A DNA stretch of 32,972 nucleotides from Lenisia limosa. Its lineage: Eukaryota; Protista; Breviatea. The stretch is taken from positions 1-32,972 of the forward strand of contig LPNZ01004925.1 of the NCBI GenBank assembly GCA_001655205.1, read 5' to 3'. Shown piece by piece: positions 32,730 to 32,972 of the stretch (its first letter is position 1; each line of letters opens with the position of its first letter). The notes beneath the pieces are model-generated. The model did no database searches, was not told the origin of the DNA, and worked only from the letters and a program-made list of their open reading frames with translations. The position numbers and the translations under genes are program-made.

Positions 32730-32972
32730 CTAGATCATTACAAATGAATTGCTGAACTGGAGTAACAGATATAGCTTTACCAAACATGATACCAAACAAG
32801 CATGATAGCAAAAAGGAAAAGTAGGATGAAATAATAAAAAATTTCACGGACATCTAAACACAAACTTTTATGGGTTTCAATTGTATAATACTACATGTAT
32901 ATAATATATCACATCTGTGAAAACAAGCCAAATGAACATTTTCCTTGATAAAATAAGTTGAGAATTACAGTA

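Overview
This is a compact, very intron-rich nuclear locus from a flagellated microbial eukaryote; I cannot name the taxon. All reconstructed genes read with the standard genetic code and GT-AG introns, mostly 35-500 nt. By-eye splicing gives 10 protein-coding genes in almost strictly alternating orientation: divergent VPS29 (-, runs off the left edge), CFAP157 (+), RPS15/uS19 (-), a secreted histidine acid phosphatase (+), BPNT1 (+), an orphan with an IQ-like motif (-), an MCRS1-like FHA protein with a long Ser/Pro tail (+), a secreted 2x Sushi/CCP + RCC1-propeller protein (-), NAA15 (+), and a basic orphan with an internal repeat (-, runs off the right edge). Most supplied six-frame ORFs are exon/intron read-throughs or antisense shadows. 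There are six N gaps, five of them directly after G/C homopolymers. I found no tRNA, rRNA, CRISPR array or transposase. The most interesting items are the extracellular CCP-RCC1 protein, an NAA15 that lacks its internal basic helix but has a Lys-rich C-terminal tail, a 37-bp element shared by two introns that supplies a microexon donor, and a triplicated branch point. Exon boundaries are manual inferences, and family calls come from recalled motifs, not database searches.
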